A DNA stretch of 64,000 nt, taken from Flaccisagitta enflata (taxonomy: Eukaryota). The position numbers and the translations under genes are program-made. This document shows, piece by piece, positions 14,624 through 29,508 of the stretch. Position 1 is the first letter of the stretch. Each line of letters begins with the position of its first letter. The notes below the pieces were generated by a model. The model saw only the letters and a list, made by a program, of their open reading frames with translations. It made no database searches and was not told the origin of the DNA. The stretch is from assembly GCA_965153355.1 (NCBI GenBank), contig OZ231126.1, positions 37,882,001-37,946,000 on the forward strand, read 5' to 3'.

Positions 14624-15114
14624 CTTTTTTGTTTCAGGCGGAAGCGACGCACTTTCCAATAATTCTCGAAACGCAGATAAAACCAAAGGAAGAAAAAGGA
14701 AAAGTGTTTAAAAAAAAAAAAAAAGAAAAGACGAAAAACATTGTTTTGTATTTTGGAATCGGCGAATTAAACGAGAAAAGGCGTGGTAACAAAGGGTCAA
14801 AGCAAATATGGCGACGTGTTTTACGACGACGACGACGACGACGGCAACGACTGAGAAAAATAAGTCTGCGAATTGACAACAACGAAACTATGACAGTGAC
14901 GTTGGCGACAATGACGATAACATCGACGAAGTTGATACAAGGACAGAAACAACAAGAACAGCTACAGTGACAACAACGACGACAATGACAACAACGACGG
15001 CAATGACAAAAACGACGACAATGACAACGACGGTGAAACGAGTTCAGTAGGTAAACAATCGATGTGGGCTCAACAGCGACGACAACTTACAGTCGTAAAC
15101 GTGTTTTCCCTCCA

Positions 15115-15166
<52 letters not shown>

Positions 15167-15840
15167 AAGGAATCATTCTGACGCCATGTTACTGCCATAC
15201 GCGGTGAATTAGTGGTAGTAACTTTTTCCAAGTCTGTTTGTTTGTTCGTTTTTGTAGTGGGCTGCTGTCATATTACAGCCATGTGTAGAGTTGTCATTTT
15301 CTTTACGTATGTTCGTTGTTTAAGTGAGCTGATGTCATATCACCGCTATTTCAGCCATTACCATTTCGACCATTTTTACCCTTCTGTTCTATCCTATTGC
15401 TTGTAACTGTAAGCATCGGAGAAAACTCCCCCTTGTTAGACAGGGAAAGTGAAGATTTTCATGGGTTCGAATCCTGCCTTTTTAGCTAGAAAAATGGGAA
15501 GCCGCAAAAGGTCGCTGCCTAAACGTTGCTGTTTGTTTATGATTTGTGTTCAGCAGCTTCATAGCTACATTGTTTTAAAAAGTACAAATCAAAACGCTAT
15601 CAGATCTACTTCACTGACAAATATTTACATGCTGCGTCATACACTAACTCCACTATGAAAAACGGACTCGAAAGTTTCACTTTCCCTCGCTACCCTTGTC
15701 AACTAGCTTGAACGTTCATCAGATTTTTTTTATCTTTTGATTGTTCGTTTAACAAAAAAGAGAAAAATTAGGCCCCATCGATATAGTCGCCAACAAGGGG
15801 ATGCTGATTTGGAATCATTTTCATCAATGAATGAATAGAA

Positions 15841-16215
15841 TTTTTTGGTCGCGTGCAAGCGACTCTATGACCCGCTCTGTCCGTCGGTCGGTCGGCATAA
15901 ATTGAAGCTGGTGGGCATGAATTGAAGCTGGTGGGCATGAATTGAAACTGGTGGGCTCGAATTGAAACTGGTGGGCTTGAATTGAAACTGGTGGGTTTCA
16001 AGGCTTGAAATGAAACTGGTGGGTGCCAGGACTTGAAATGAAACTGGTGGGTGCCAAGACTTGAAATGAAAATGGTGGGCATGAATTGGGGGGGGGGGTT
16101 GGTGGGGTTGAATTGAAACTGGTGGGTTTCAAGGCTTAAATTGAAACTGATGGAGTCAGGTCAAAAAAAAAAATATTTATGTCCCGCACGCGACTTATAG
16201 GTGTTGGCCTTGTTT
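15841..16215 (+). mobile_element. HINE-like element with internal ~20-bp tandem array (ATTGAAACTGGTGGGCATGA)
   Basis: GTCGCGTGCAAGCGACT start, (GTCG)n, array at 15900-16155, GCACGCGACTTATAGGTGTTGGCCTTGTTT end. Confidence 0.8.
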
Positions 16216-17803
16216 ACGAGAACGAAGCACAATTACATTGATAAGAAATTGTAAAAAGTCTGCCCCAAGGGATACCCTGTAAGGTCCAAAAACTTTTTTT
16301 TCCAGCATGGTCCCCTGAGCTTGTGAAGGCAAGCATTTCTAATGTTACAGTGCTTGCTAAAAAAAAAGTAAACAAAGGAATTAGTTCATAATTATCGATC
16401 TGTGGTGAGGTTTGCATACATCCCATAGGACACACTTGCGGCATGAATTTACCGAGAAGGCAGGTCGAAACAATAAGTGAGTGGCCAGGTATAAAACCAG
16501 CGGCCTTGCAACACGGTCTTATCAGAACAAATGCATTAACCGTAACCTTATCATCAAGCCCGTTACTTAACTCAGATCGATACGCGAAACAGTCTCTCTC
16601 AGCGCCAAGTCAAAAATAGGCTCGTTCTATTCTCGTTAATAAATTAAGCCATCTCGACAAATTGGCTATATATTTCCATTGTTTCCCCGACTGGAATAAA
16701 ATACTCTCTCCTATTTTCTCTTTTTTCTCTCTCTTTCTTTGTTCATCCTTCGCCCTCTTGCTGCCCGGTAATAACTCTGCGTCCGGTTGGTTGATCCGTC
16801 CGTATGTTGTACAACTACGATTCAATCTCGGTGAACTGACACATAAGTCGTGATTTTCTTTATCAAATGATAAAACTGCGCAGTTCAAAATTCAGAAGAA
16901 TAATGGCACTCAATTTGCACCTCGGAAAATTGTTTTTTTTTCTTTGTGCCTTTTGCACATTTTTTTCTTGCATCGATGGCTAAAAACTGTTCCCTTACCT
17001 CCACTTCTTATCTCCGTCATTCCCTCTTTCGAGTCTATAGATCTGATCCCCCATAGAAGATCGCTTCATCAGTCTTATTCGATCAGCCTTCCGCTTTGGG
17101 CGGTTTGCGCGCGGATATCTTTATTCCCGTTCTATTTATTTCTTTGGCCGATTGTGTTCGCGTTTTCTATGATCATTTTCATAATCTTATCTTATTAACT
17201 GACTTCATGCACTCGGAGATCATGGGTAATCGTGTAATCTTAACAAACGTTCATTCCATTGTCTCGATACAGTGCGACTCATAAAAAAAGTTACAACTTT
17301 TAGTATAGTTTTACATTGTTTAAATTCTACCAATCTTATTGTTATTCATGAGCATTTTAAAAAGCTTCAAAAAATGAAAAATTTGCCACCAGTCCCATCG
17401 AATTTGATCAATTAGTTTGGATTTTATGTTTAAATGAAGACAAATGTATCAAAACCTATGTGGGAAAACAACAGATTTTCTGTTATAGTTTTTAAAGGAC
17501 AAATTTTACAAAAACTATTGTAATTTGTAAACCAATCGAGCTATTAACCCCAGAAACGGCTCAACTGACAGACTTTTTGAAGGGCTTTCTCAATGTCATT
17601 GATTTTGATAGGTTTTTACTTGATTTGAACCCTTTATGAATGACAAAAGAAAGAATTTTTTCATCACTTAAATTTGAAAAATTATTGATCTTTTTTTCCT
17701 CATAAAATATCCATGTTTGAATAAAAAAAAAGTAAACAAAATCAGTGACCGTTTGAAAGATCTTTGAGAGATCTTTCATTCTAGACCAATCCCAGCCTCC
17801 TAG

Positions 17804-18689
17804 GGCCTATTCACTGAATCACGAACTCTGATCTGGAAAAAAGGCCAGTCAAGGCCCATTCCACTGAAGCACTACTTCGTGCTTCAGTGGAATTGAAATT
17901 CGTGCTTTAGTGATTGACTCTTGACCTCTTTTCATATTGCAATGATTGAGTGCAAATATTTCAGTGAAATAAGAAACTTATTTGATTTCTTTCAATTGAA
18001 ACAAGAGAGGTTTTTAGTCGCGTGCACGCGACTCTATGACCCACTCTGTCCGTCTGTTGGTCCGTCGGTCCGTCGGTCCGTCGGTAACCCTTAGCTTTTT
18101 TTCGCCGTTTTACATCATTTTTCGCCGCTCCTGCCCACCCGCACGCGACTTCGGCTCGTGTATACGGCCTTGTTTATCTTTTCTTAACTGTCATTTTTGG
18201 ATATCTCTAATTTTTTTTTCCTCTTTTGAATCTTGTTTTTGTTATAATTTTTCCTATCATTTCAATTTTTGTGTCTCTGAAGGAAAAAAGTTTTCTTACC
18301 TGCAATTTTTATTCTTATCTTGTTTTTATAGTAAATTTTTTTTCCCTATCATTCAAATTTTTGTGTCTCTGAAGAAAAAAAGTTTACTTGCAATTTTTTT
18401 TCAAGGGATGAAAACTAAGCTGATGTTGAAATATATTTTTTTCTGATATTAACATACACTTAATAAGTAAAGAGAAATAGGGGGAGGTGAAAAGAAAACA
18501 GTGGATTTTTTTTTTTCTTCAGATAAAAAAAAGATTACTTTAATTTTTTTTACTGTGACAAAAATCAGTTATGTTCAATTCCACTGAAGCTCAAATTGCA
18601 AAAAGCACTTGTTATTTCTCATTCCACTGTGTGCTTCAGAGGAAATAATTCTAACTTAAGCACGAATTTTGTGATTCAGAGGATGCCCC
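17804..18689. mobile_element. TIR element with 8-bp TSD (CCTCCTAG); superfamily uncertain (hAT/Merlin-like)
   Basis: CCTCCTAG at 17796-17803 and 18690-18697; imperfect TIRs GGCCTATTCACTGAATCAC / GTGATTCAGAGGATGCCCC; repeated TTCCACTGAAGC motif. Confidence 0.55.
18011..18175 (+). mobile_element. HINE-like element nested in the 17804-18689 element
   Basis: TTTTTAGTCGCGTGCACGCGACT...CCCGCACGCGACT...CGTGTATACGGCCTTGTTT. Confidence 0.8.
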
Positions 18690-19653
18690 CCTCCTAGCTT
18701 TACTTGTTTGGAAATGACATTGGTTTGAAGTTAAATGGGTACATTTTGGTGATGCACCTTTTCACACTTGAAAATGAATACTCTTCAGTCTTTTCTTTAC
18801 TGCGTCTGAACAAATTGAGCTAGAAATGCAAGATTGGCGGCAAATGAAAGCTCTTTTAAATATCTTTCAAATGATCTATGATTTCAATTGATTTCTTGCA
18901 GTGCAAATGACAAAAATCAAATATAAAAGGTCCCTTATTTATATTTTTTGAAGAATTTACAGTTCAGACACAGATCCTGGAACCATTATCTTCTTTTTAT
19001 CATAAAATCTAAAATAATTGATGAAAACTCATGGGATTTGTGACATTCGCCTCATTTGATGACACTCTTTCCATTTCTCACAAAAAAAGTATTGATAAAT
19101 CATTTTTTTCACCAGAAATATCTTTGAGAACAGCTGTAACCTTTTTTATGGTTCGCAGTGTATACTGACATATTGATTATTCTATTATTTCTATTGATGG
19201 AGTTTTGTTCGACTGATTGATCGATTAAGTGAAAAAGATTTACGGATCTGGCATGCTGGAGCACAGCTGGAGCGCTGCCGATGCAAGCAAAATGTGTGTG
19301 CAAACGAATGAGACATCCCCAAAAGCTCTTGATGATCTCAATCAGCCTAATACAAATCATCTCACTCTTTTTCCCGCTCTAATTCATCTTTTTTTCCCCT
19401 CTTCCTTATTTTTTTCTTCGGTTTCTTCTCTTACTTCTTGACGCTTTATCTTATCATCTATTTTTCTTTTTCCATCGTTTAAGGTTCCTTCTTCGATTCC
19501 ATCTTATTACATCTTATTACATCTTATTTCATTCTCCGTTTTTCCTTACCTTTTCTTACGGGGTATAATTCACGGATCAGACAATGAATGATTACATTCC
19601 ATTCTGTGGTTCATTTTTCCTTACCGTAACATTTCACTCTCGCGCTCTCTCTC

Positions 19654-19767
<114 letters not shown>

Positions 19768-19993
19768 GCAGCACGTTTCCGGTTCCTCCTCCTTCGACCT
19801 CGTTGTCTTCTTGAGTCTTTTCTTTTGTATCTTTGCCTCGACCTTTTTCTTTATCTTACTTCTTTTCAACACTAACTTCCTGTTTATATCACCTTCCTGT
19901 TTATATCACCTTCCTGTGTATGTGTTGTTCTTGTTGTGTGTGTAAAACTAGGATGATGTACAAAATTGTAATGAGTGATAACGAATGATCGTA

Positions 19994-20154
19994 CAGCTAC
20001 ACCCCGCTGTACCGGATCCGTGAGTAATAAAAATCCTCCTATAACAAATAAATCTAGGTCTTTACTTGAGATTTCTTTCAATTTCTTGCAGTAGCAAAAA
20101 CAGAAATCCCCCAAATAAAATTTGTTGGATATCCGTCATTGTGGGGTTCGACTG
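19994..20154. mobile_element. pogo/Tigger-like MITE (related copies near 5531-5699, 61393-61569, 62850-63005)
   Basis: TA|CAGCTACACCCCGC...GTGGGGTTCGACTG|TA with internal ATCCG motifs shared across copies. Confidence 0.6.
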
Positions 20155-20587
20155 TAGTTCTTTTAATGTTATAACAAATCAACAAACCTGCGCACTTAGT
20201 TCCTTCCTGTCATATTATTCGTCATCCCTACAGCTGTCTCTGATTTTTTTTTGCTGACTGTCAAAGTTTCAAAATGTTTCAGTCTGTCTGTTCGCCTTTG
20301 CAGTTCATATTTTTTGTATTTTCCACCGAGCCATCCCTTCGGTTTTCCCCATCCTTTTCAAACACACTCCAACACCTCACCTCATTTCTCTTCCGTTTTC
20401 AATAACTGTCTCCTCTTTGCAGTGCAGTCGACTCATCTCAGGCGGACGGCAATGAAATTCCCGGTGACGGCGGTGGTGGTGTGGTGGTGGAAGAGTTAGG
20501 CGGAGGAGGTTAAAGTGGCGGCGGCGGCGGCGGCAGCAGCGGCAGCGGCTTTGAGTCTGCCGACTTTACGCCATTTACTATCCACGC

Positions 20588-20646
<59 letters not shown>

Positions 20647-21208
20647 CTGATGGCACCTGACGCAATACGACGCCACCTGATTTGGCACATCAACCTTTTC
20701 CAACTCCACCCTTTTGCCCTCTTAAAATTCATCCCCGTCGTCCTCAGTTGCCTTTTGGGTAGCAGCACCGAGGGGGACTCTTGTTTGTTCATTCGTTTGT
20801 TCGTTCTCTAGTCCATTCGTCTTTTCTTTTGTTTGACCATACGTCCCCTTCTCTAGCCGCTTAGGCCTCAAATCTGCCCGCTTAGTTCTCAAATCATCCC
20901 TCTCAGGCCTCAAATCAGCCCTGTCAAGCTCCTAATCAGCCCTCTCAAGCCTGGAATCATTCTTCTCAAGCTTCAAATATGATCTCTCCGGCTTCAAATC
21001 AGCCATCTCAGGCGACAAATTAGCCCTCAAAGGCTATCTTAGGCCCTCATTCAGCCCTCTTTGGCGCCCCATCAACTTTCTCAGGCTGGACGAACAAAAT
21101 TCCCCTTGTGTTTTATAGGACTTTGTTACCTTCAAAGCAACGGGAATTGCTGACCACTTACCCTTGGCCGACTGGCTTTACAATCTCGCGCGTGCGCGCG
21201 AGACAGCA

Positions 21209-21560
<352 letters not shown>

Positions 21561-23070
21561 TACGGATAATCAAAGTGACAGGGGAAAGGATTAAAATACA
21601 GAGAATTGTAAAAATGACAGAAAGCGAGAGAGCGAGAGAGAGATGAAGACAATGATGAAGATAGAGAAAAAGAAAGAAAATGATAAAACGAGAGAGAGAG
21701 AGAAAAGAGAAAGCGCGAGCGCGCGCGCGAAATGTCAACGCGCCTCCCCGCCATTGATACCACGCCGCGCCTGCACCTGGCATCGACTCATCACGTGGAA
21801 AACGTTCTTTCGAGGACGACGCCTCCTCTGGTCTCTACTACCCTTTCGCATCTGCCTGCCTCCTTCTTGAATTTATGTTTTGGAATGGCACTCTAGGATA
21901 AGAATGCTACCCTTTCGCATCTGCCTGCCTTCGACTAAAGTTTATACTATGGAGTGGCACTCAGGAATAGAAATGCCTCCTCTATCCTCTCGCATCTGTC
22001 TGCATCATACTTAGATTTTTGTTGTTGAATAGTTCTGTTGAAAAAAAAAAAAACGTTTTCTCCTTTCCTAGTCACATGTGCGATGGGCCGTCTAAGATGG
22101 CTGCGTGCCACTAAATTTTCGAATCACACTTATGGAGAATACTGCTACAGTGCTATCATCATTGCCTTTGCTTACCTCTCATTCAAAATGGTGTAATTCA
22201 ATCACATTCTTCATAGGAAATGTCTCACTTTCCCTCTATTTAAGGACGATATGATGTTAAACCATTTGACCGAAGTGGTCTAGGGTTTTCTTGTATGAGA
22301 ACCGTTATGCCGACAGGAAGATAAACTGGGTTTCAAGGAAAATGCTTATTTTTCTTGCGCAATTATCAATTTTCCTCCATGTGGTGCTTGTCGCTCCAAC
22401 ATGTTTTCTTGCAAAAAAAATGAACAACGTGGTTAACGGCCGAATTGTGGGCCATTCATTCACTCACTCACTGAGTTATAAATCGACGACAATAAAAACA
22501 AGTTTGAGCTGCAAGTGTAAAGTTGTTGCGCGAATGAATCTGAATAACATCGAAACAACGACGGGGAAAACAAAGTCGCAATTTCTTCTCAGATACAACG
22601 CTACTTTCCGTTTTATCCATTTCGGGTTTTGAAAAAAATTAATGAAAAAAAAACAAACAAAAGAAATATTGTCATGTGTCACTGACGGCTTAACATTCAA
22701 AAGAGATGATGGTTCAAAAGTACATCCATGGCTCGGAACTTCGCTGTGATAGGACACATGGATGGTGGGCCATCGGCTCTTGTGGACTCTACAGCATTAG
22801 GTTGTTGAATGGATCGGCCATTCTGTAATGGTGTCGTTTTTCTGACTCTTGAATTATGTTCAGGTGTCAGACGCCTTTACAGATGAATAATTTAGTGCTG
22901 GGTGGGTAGAATCCAGGTAGCGAATGGGGTTGGGAGTCGTAGCAAAAGTGGTGGTCATATTTTCGAGACAAGAAGAAAAAAATCTCTCTACGCCGTGAAT
23001 GGTTTTCGCGCCTGCTGTTCCAATATTCCCGTGCGAGCTCAAATGTTCGATGTACCAATTTTGCGTCCTA

Positions 23071-23447
23071 TTTTTAGTCGCGTGCACGCGACTCTACAAC
23101 CCGCTTTGTCCGTCCGTCGGTCCGTCGGTCCGTCGGTCCGTCCGTCCGTCCGTCCGTCCGTCCGTCCGTCACACTTTACTTTTTTGTACTATAACAACAA
23201 CTCTTAGGTCATTTTAAGTCATTTTAGGTCATTCATAGTTATTCTAAGTCATTTTAATTCATTCTAAGTCATTCTAAGTCATTTTAAGTTATTCTAAGTT
23301 ATTTTTGGTCATTAGGTTTTTTAGTCATTTTAAGTCCTTTTTGCTCATTTTAGGTCATTCTAAGTCATTGAAAGTCATTCTAAGTCATTCTAAGTCATTC
23401 TTAGTCTGTAAGTCTCGCACGCGACTTATAGGTGTTGGCCTTGTTTT
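23071..23447 (+). mobile_element. HINE-like element with internal 10-bp tandem array (TAAGTCATTC/T)
   Basis: TTTTTAGTCGCGTGCACGCGACT, (GTCC)n, array at 23203-23405, same 3' end as the 15841 copy. Confidence 0.8.
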
Positions 23448-23982
23448 CCCTTCTTTTTGCGTTTTTGTGTTTTATTTTGGTGACGTTGGAGGTTGGTGTT
23501 GAAGTTTCACCTTTACCCCTTTTTTTTATCCGTTATTTTGTAAATTGATAAATCCTAATGTTAACAATTTTGATAATGAAAACTTTAAAACGGGATGATG
23601 AACATAGATTGTATTTTCTTTTTATTTCTATCTTCATTTAGGCTGTTTATCTTTTTTTTCCTTGTCTTCTATTTTGAACAATGATTAGGTCAATAGATTT
23701 CAATGATGTCAGAAGTGGTCCCATGCTTTTGAATCAGGGTTTGTAAAATGTAAAATTTGTCTGTTCCTTCTGAGGTTCTAGTAGGGGTATTTCCCATTTT
23801 TAACCCGCATATATCGTTATAATTGAGACAGGTTGCCTGTTGTGTCTGAAAATGGAAATGGGATCGGAATGTGTCCTTTTTTTTCTCTTGTTTTAAAATG
23901 GTTCTCGTACGTTTGACCTCGATGGGCCAAAAAAGTAGTTAAGAAGTTGTTTGAATGAAGTAACTGCCGAGGAGACGCACTT

Positions 23983-24915
23983 GACAACCACAATGACGAC
24001 GACGATTTCGGCGACGATAACGACGCCAATGACGACCAAGACGATAATGATGACAACCGGATCTTGGACGATGACGACGCCAATGACAACCAAGACGATA
24101 ATGATGACAACCAGATCTTTGACGATGACGACGCCAATGACGACCAAGATGATAGTCATGATAACCAGATCTTGGACGATGAAGACGCCAATGACAACCA
24201 AGACAATAATGATGACAACCAGATCTTTGACGATGACAAAGCCAATGACGACCCAGACAATAATGATTACAACCGGACCTTTGATGATGACGACGCCAAT
24301 GATGACCAAGACGATAATGATGACAACCAGATCTTTGACGATGACGAAGCCAATGACGACCCAGACAATAATGATTACAACCGGACCTTTGATGATGACG
24401 ACGCCAATGATGACCAAGACGATAATGATGACAACCAGATCTTTGACGATGACGACGCCAATGACGACCGAGACGATAATGATGACAACCGGATCTTTGA
24501 CAATGACGACACCAATGACGACCAAGACGATAATGATGACAACCAGATCTTTGACGATGACGACGCCAATGACGACCAAGACAATTACGATTACGACCAG
24601 ATCTTTGACAATGATGACCAAGACGATAATGATGATGACCAGATCGATGACGATGACGACCAATACGATGATGATGACGACCAGATCTATGATGATGACG
24701 ACCAAGACGATAATGATGATGAGCAAATCGATGACAATGACAATCAAGACAATGATAATGACGACCAGATCTTTGACGATGACGACCAAGACGATAATGA
24801 TGATGACCAGATCTTTGACGATGACGACCAAGACGATAATGATGACAACCAGATCGATGACGATGGAGACCAAGACGATAATAATGACAACCAGATCTAT
24901 AACGATGACCACCAA
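23983..24915 (+). repeat. 54-bp minisatellite (about 11 units, then shorter 39-42-bp units); one frame reads DDDDANDDQDDNDDNQIF repeats
   Basis: GCCAAT recurs at 24025, 24079, 24133, 24187, 24241 and onward (period 54). Confidence 0.9.
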
Positions 24916-24950
24916 GATGTCTCCTTCTACACGCCTTTAGGCGTCTTGGG

Positions 24951-24951
24951 C

Positions 24952-25043
<92 letters not shown>

Positions 25044-25044
25044 C
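24951..25044. repeat. (AAC)n microsatellite
   Basis: Direct reading. Confidence 0.95.
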
Positions 25045-25238
25045 TATGAAGACCAGGACGATAATGGTTGTGTCAGCGTCGGCGTTGTTTTTTTTTTCTT
25101 TTCTTCGACGAGGAGAGAGTCACTTACCAGCTCCATTCCGCAACTCACACCTCAACCAATTCTCCGAGAAAATAAAAGTCACACTCAGATAAACTTCTTT
25201 TTTACTCTCTAAAACTTGTCTTTTAGCGACTCCGGGTT

Positions 25239-25299
<61 letters not shown>

Positions 25300-25624
25300 T
25301 AAATTTCTTTTTAGCCCCGCTTTGTCCTTCGGTCGGTTGGTCGGTTGGTCACACTTTACTTTTTTCATGTTTTTTTATTCTTTGACCGCACTGCTCCTGC
25401 CCAAATGCACTGGTGACCTCAGATATGGCGCCTGCCCACCCGCACGCGACTGGGGTAGCCGTGTATCCTGCCTTGTTCATTCTTCCGACTATCAAGTTTT
25501 TGTCTAAGACTGTCTATGCGTTCATCAACGTTCATCATTTGCATTTTATCATCCATCGCGTGATGATAGTAATTGTCATTTTCCTGTCATTTTAATCATA
25601 TCGTCAACCCGAATCACTCCTTTC

Positions 25625-25658
<34 letters not shown>

Positions 25659-26074
25659 AGTTTCGTTTCCTCCCTTCATCACCATTTCTCCTTTCTCGTA
25701 TTCCTTCACTTCCTCCTCCTCTAAGTCCTCTTCTTCTTCCTCCTCCTCCTCCTCCCCCTCTCCCTGTTTCTTTTATTCTTCTGCTTTTTTTCACTCTCGG
25801 ATTCCATTCACTATTTTCCTCTCTTTTCAAATGACTATCTGATTCTGTCTCTGTCCCTTGACTTTGGTTTCATGTCTTTTTTTTTTTTCGTCTGACTGTG
25901 TTTTTGTCTGTCTTACTGTGTCTCCTCTGATTTTTTGTCTGCATGTTTGACTGTCTTTTGATAAGTCTCTGTCTATTTCACTATCATTTCTTCGACCAGC
26001 ATCTGTTTAAAGTGATTATGCATCAGTCTGTCTCTGTCACCTCTCCCTGTCACCTCTCTCTGTCACCTCTCTCT

Positions 26075-26111
<37 letters not shown>

Positions 26112-26721
26112 AACTACACATCACGGTTGTTTTTTCTTTCTTTCATTCTCTCTCGAAGCGAAAATCACAACTTCGAAAGTTAATCATTCCACAAAGTTGA
26201 ATAAAAAATGGGAACGGGAACTTATTCTTATGTCGACTGTTCTTTTCATTTTTTTTTTTTTGCTTATCTTTTTTTCTGTTTCCATCTGTCCCTCTCTCCT
26301 TTCCCACTTTTTTTTTCTATTTCAAAACTCATCCCCAGTTCTTTTATATCTGTTAACTTTACTTCTGATGACGGGTGCCCCGTTTGTCACTAACACCTCC
26401 ATATGTCACTGAGAATAGGGGAGACTCTCTCTCCAACTATGATTTTTTTATCTTTGTTTGTCTGAATCTGTCTGTCTGTCTGTCTGTTGGTTTATCATTT
26501 TGTTTCCATGAGTACAGTCAAATGACAAACACGCCTGTCATGAAATCTATGTCAAGTCCTCTCAAGAAACTTCATTTTTTTTCATGTATTGTCTAAGAAG
26601 AAATTTTCTACGACATTATATTTTGGAATTTATTAGAATGTTTATTAATTTAACATGTGTATCTCGATGTTGTATGTTGGTCAGTGTGATCATTTGACCT
26701 TTCAAACATTTTGCTCAAATG

Positions 26722-26934
26722 AAACAAGGCCGGATACACGGCTACCCCAGTCGCGTGCGGGTGGGCAGGAGCAGTGCTGGAAAAGGTCACTAGAGCATTT
26801 GGGCGGGAGTGGTAGGCTCAAAAAGCTCAAAAACGCCAAAAAAGTAAAAAGGGGACCAGCCGACCAACCGACCAACTGACCAACTGACCGACCAACATAG
26901 CGGGGCGTAGAGTCGCGTTGCATGCGACTAAAAA
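26722..26934 (-). mobile_element. HINE-like element
   Basis: AAACAAGGCCGGATACACGGCTACCCCAGTCGCGTGCGGGTGGGCAGG...(CCGA/CCAA)n...AGTCGCGTTGCATGCGACTAAAAA. Confidence 0.8.
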
Positions 26935-27044
26935 TGAAACACTCCACTGTCAATTCCAAACAATAAATTGGGAAGTCATTTGAAATATTTCGTGCTCCGT
27001 CCATGAAATGGTGCATTGGACATTTTTATCTTAATTGATCAATA

Positions 27045-27408
27045 CCACGCGTATAAAAAAAGACGCTCCTTACTCTTCATTGATAAAACTGATATAAGAA
27101 ACAGACACAATTTTTACAATTAAGATGATTTTAAAGATGTTTTAATCTAGACTAATGCCAGGTGTGTGTCTCAAACGGTCTGGGAGCCAGAGCCTTCCAA
27201 ACTGAAGGTCCATTTTGCTAAAATGACAAAGGGATTGTGAAAACAAAAAATCAAAGTTTTCATTCAAACTAATTGCAATTTCAAACGAATAAAGATAGAA
27301 ATACCAGATTGAAACCAAATGAAAGTATTTTCCAGGGGCAAGTTATTTTGAAGTTTGTTGCCATAAAAACCTATTCAAAAGTGCGTCTTTTTTTATTGAT
27401 ACGCGTGG
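27045..27408. mobile_element. TA-flanked MITE
   Basis: TA|CCACGCGTATAAAAAAAGACGC...GCGTCTTTTTTTATTGATACGCGTGG|TA. Confidence 0.7.
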
Positions 27409-27442
27409 TACATGGTGCCTAGGGAGACTTTCATCTGATCAA

Positions 27443-27498
<56 letters not shown>

Positions 27499-28746
27499 CA
27501 TCATCACACAAACTCAAGTGACAAACTCACTCAATCATTTGATATATTCTCATTTTAACAACCATTTGATATGGTTCGAATCGGCCTTTTCTTCTGTATC
27601 CATGCGCAGGTCATTTTGAATAAAGTCATTTGAGGTTTTAGAGTCCCTATTAGCTATTACGACATCATTACCCACTCTTCAGTCACTTCCGCGGATCACT
27701 TGGTCACTCCGTTTGTCCGTCAGTCAAGAGGCAATACCAAGAGATGTCCAATAAATGCGTCCTCTCAAGATACAAGATAATATGAGAGATGAGAGATGAT
27801 GAGAAAACCCTAAAAATCGCATAAAGAATCATTCGCATTACCAGGAGAGGGACTTACCTACCTACCTACCTACCTACCTACCTACCTACCTACCTACCTA
27901 CCTACCTACCTACTTACCTACCTACAGACACATCCTCCTATGGAGATACGAGGACTCTGTTTTCATGACATTACTGGCCCTATAGAAAGTGTTAAAACCA
28001 CACGCCAACACCACTTAGGCGAAATTTAGAATTTGACCTTTTACCAGAAAAAAGAGCTACTTAGTGTTGAAATTGGCCGTTTTGACGGCGACGATCAAGG
28101 CCGCAAAGAGAACTGTTAATCAGTTTTCATTTTTTGTGGATGTTACCGCGTTTGCTCGTTCTTGATCATTTATCCTTAGTCGCTATGTCGGTCGGTCCGT
28201 CCATCTGTTGGTCTGTTGGTCCATGACCGAGCGTCAAAGGCTCTTTTTCCACCACCTCCTCCTCCTCCTCCTCCTGACCCCTCTCCCCCCATTTCTAAAT
28301 ACTTTTGCACATCTCCATTTTATCTCTATCTAGGTGAGTCGTGACACTTTTCTTCAACCATTCTGATTAGTTTTGACGTCTTTGCTTATCATACTTGGCG
28401 TGGCAATAAAGGAAATTTGACAATTCTCAGCAAAAATTGCCATATTTAACATTTTCTCATACAAAATAAAAAGCGGATGGATGAAATTCATTTCCGAATG
28501 TTGTCATCGTTTCTATCACCTTCCCTAAACACTTCTACAGTGAGAAGTACTTGTAGATAATCAAAAATGTTGATTTTTGTCATTTCGGTACAAGCTATTG
28601 GTCAGTCAGTCTCTAACTTTTCACTTTTTCGGCGTTTAAGGGCGGTTTTCGCATTACTGCTCCTGTCCAAATGCATGGTTAACCTTTTTTGCATCATTGC
28701 CATTACCCACATGCACGCGACTTGGGTAGCCGTGTGTCTGGCCTTG

Positions 28747-28922
28747 TTTTTAGTCGCGGACAAGCGACTCTATAAGAGGCTTTGTCCGTCCGTCCGTCCG
28801 TTGGTCGGTCGGATGGTCGGTTGGTCGGTCCGTGGTGATCGAGTTGGAAAGTGTGAAAACGCGCATTTCCGCCCCTGCCCACCCGTCCACGACTGGTATT
28901 GGCCGTGCATCCGGCCTTGTTT
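28747..28922 (+). mobile_element. HINE-like element directly abutting the 3' end of a partial HINE (about 28600-28748)
   Basis: TTTTTAGTCGCGGACAAGCGACT...CCCCTGCCCACCCGTCCACGACT...GGCCGTGCATCCGGCCTTGTTT. Confidence 0.8.
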
Positions 28923-29508
28923 ATCTATCTAATTATTTTGTTCATTTATTTCTTATCTTATCTGGGATCTCCATTTTCAACTAACCGGTACTGTTTTGAA
29001 TCACATGAGACCAGTCATAGCTAGATAACTGTTATCGGAGTGGTTTTCAGATGCTTCCTCGCATCTCTATAAGAGGGTCCGTCCGTCCATTCGTCTATCC
29101 GCATTTCTTGGCACCTTTTGGCTGCAGTGATGTTGTACACCAATTAAAATTACTTGAGAGGCTTGTTTTCTTTTTTCTTTTATTAAAAATCTGTCTGTCC
29201 GTCCATCTGCTCCTCAATGTATCACAAATTATCAGCTTAATAGTTGAGAACACGCTACCTTCTACCTAGCACAGTCAGAACGCATCGTTGCCTGATTGAG
29301 CTTGTTCCCTTGCATGTTGGTTGCTACAAAATTCTGATTTCCCCACATGACGATGATAGTACGAGACAATGAAAACTGCATCAGCTTCCTTCAATAGTAA
29401 AATGCAGTTACCTTGCTCACCAACCGCGTGTGCGTCGATGATTATGGAAATCCTTGAGAAAAAAAAACTTTGCTGGGGAAAATTGCTAAAAGAAACCAAA
29501 GCAAAGAC

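Noticed and set aside
15400-15490. tRNA gene or tRNA-derived SINE (GGTTCGAATCC at 15464)
   Set aside because: Only a B-box is present, with no cloverleaf or clear A-box. At most a degenerate SINE head.
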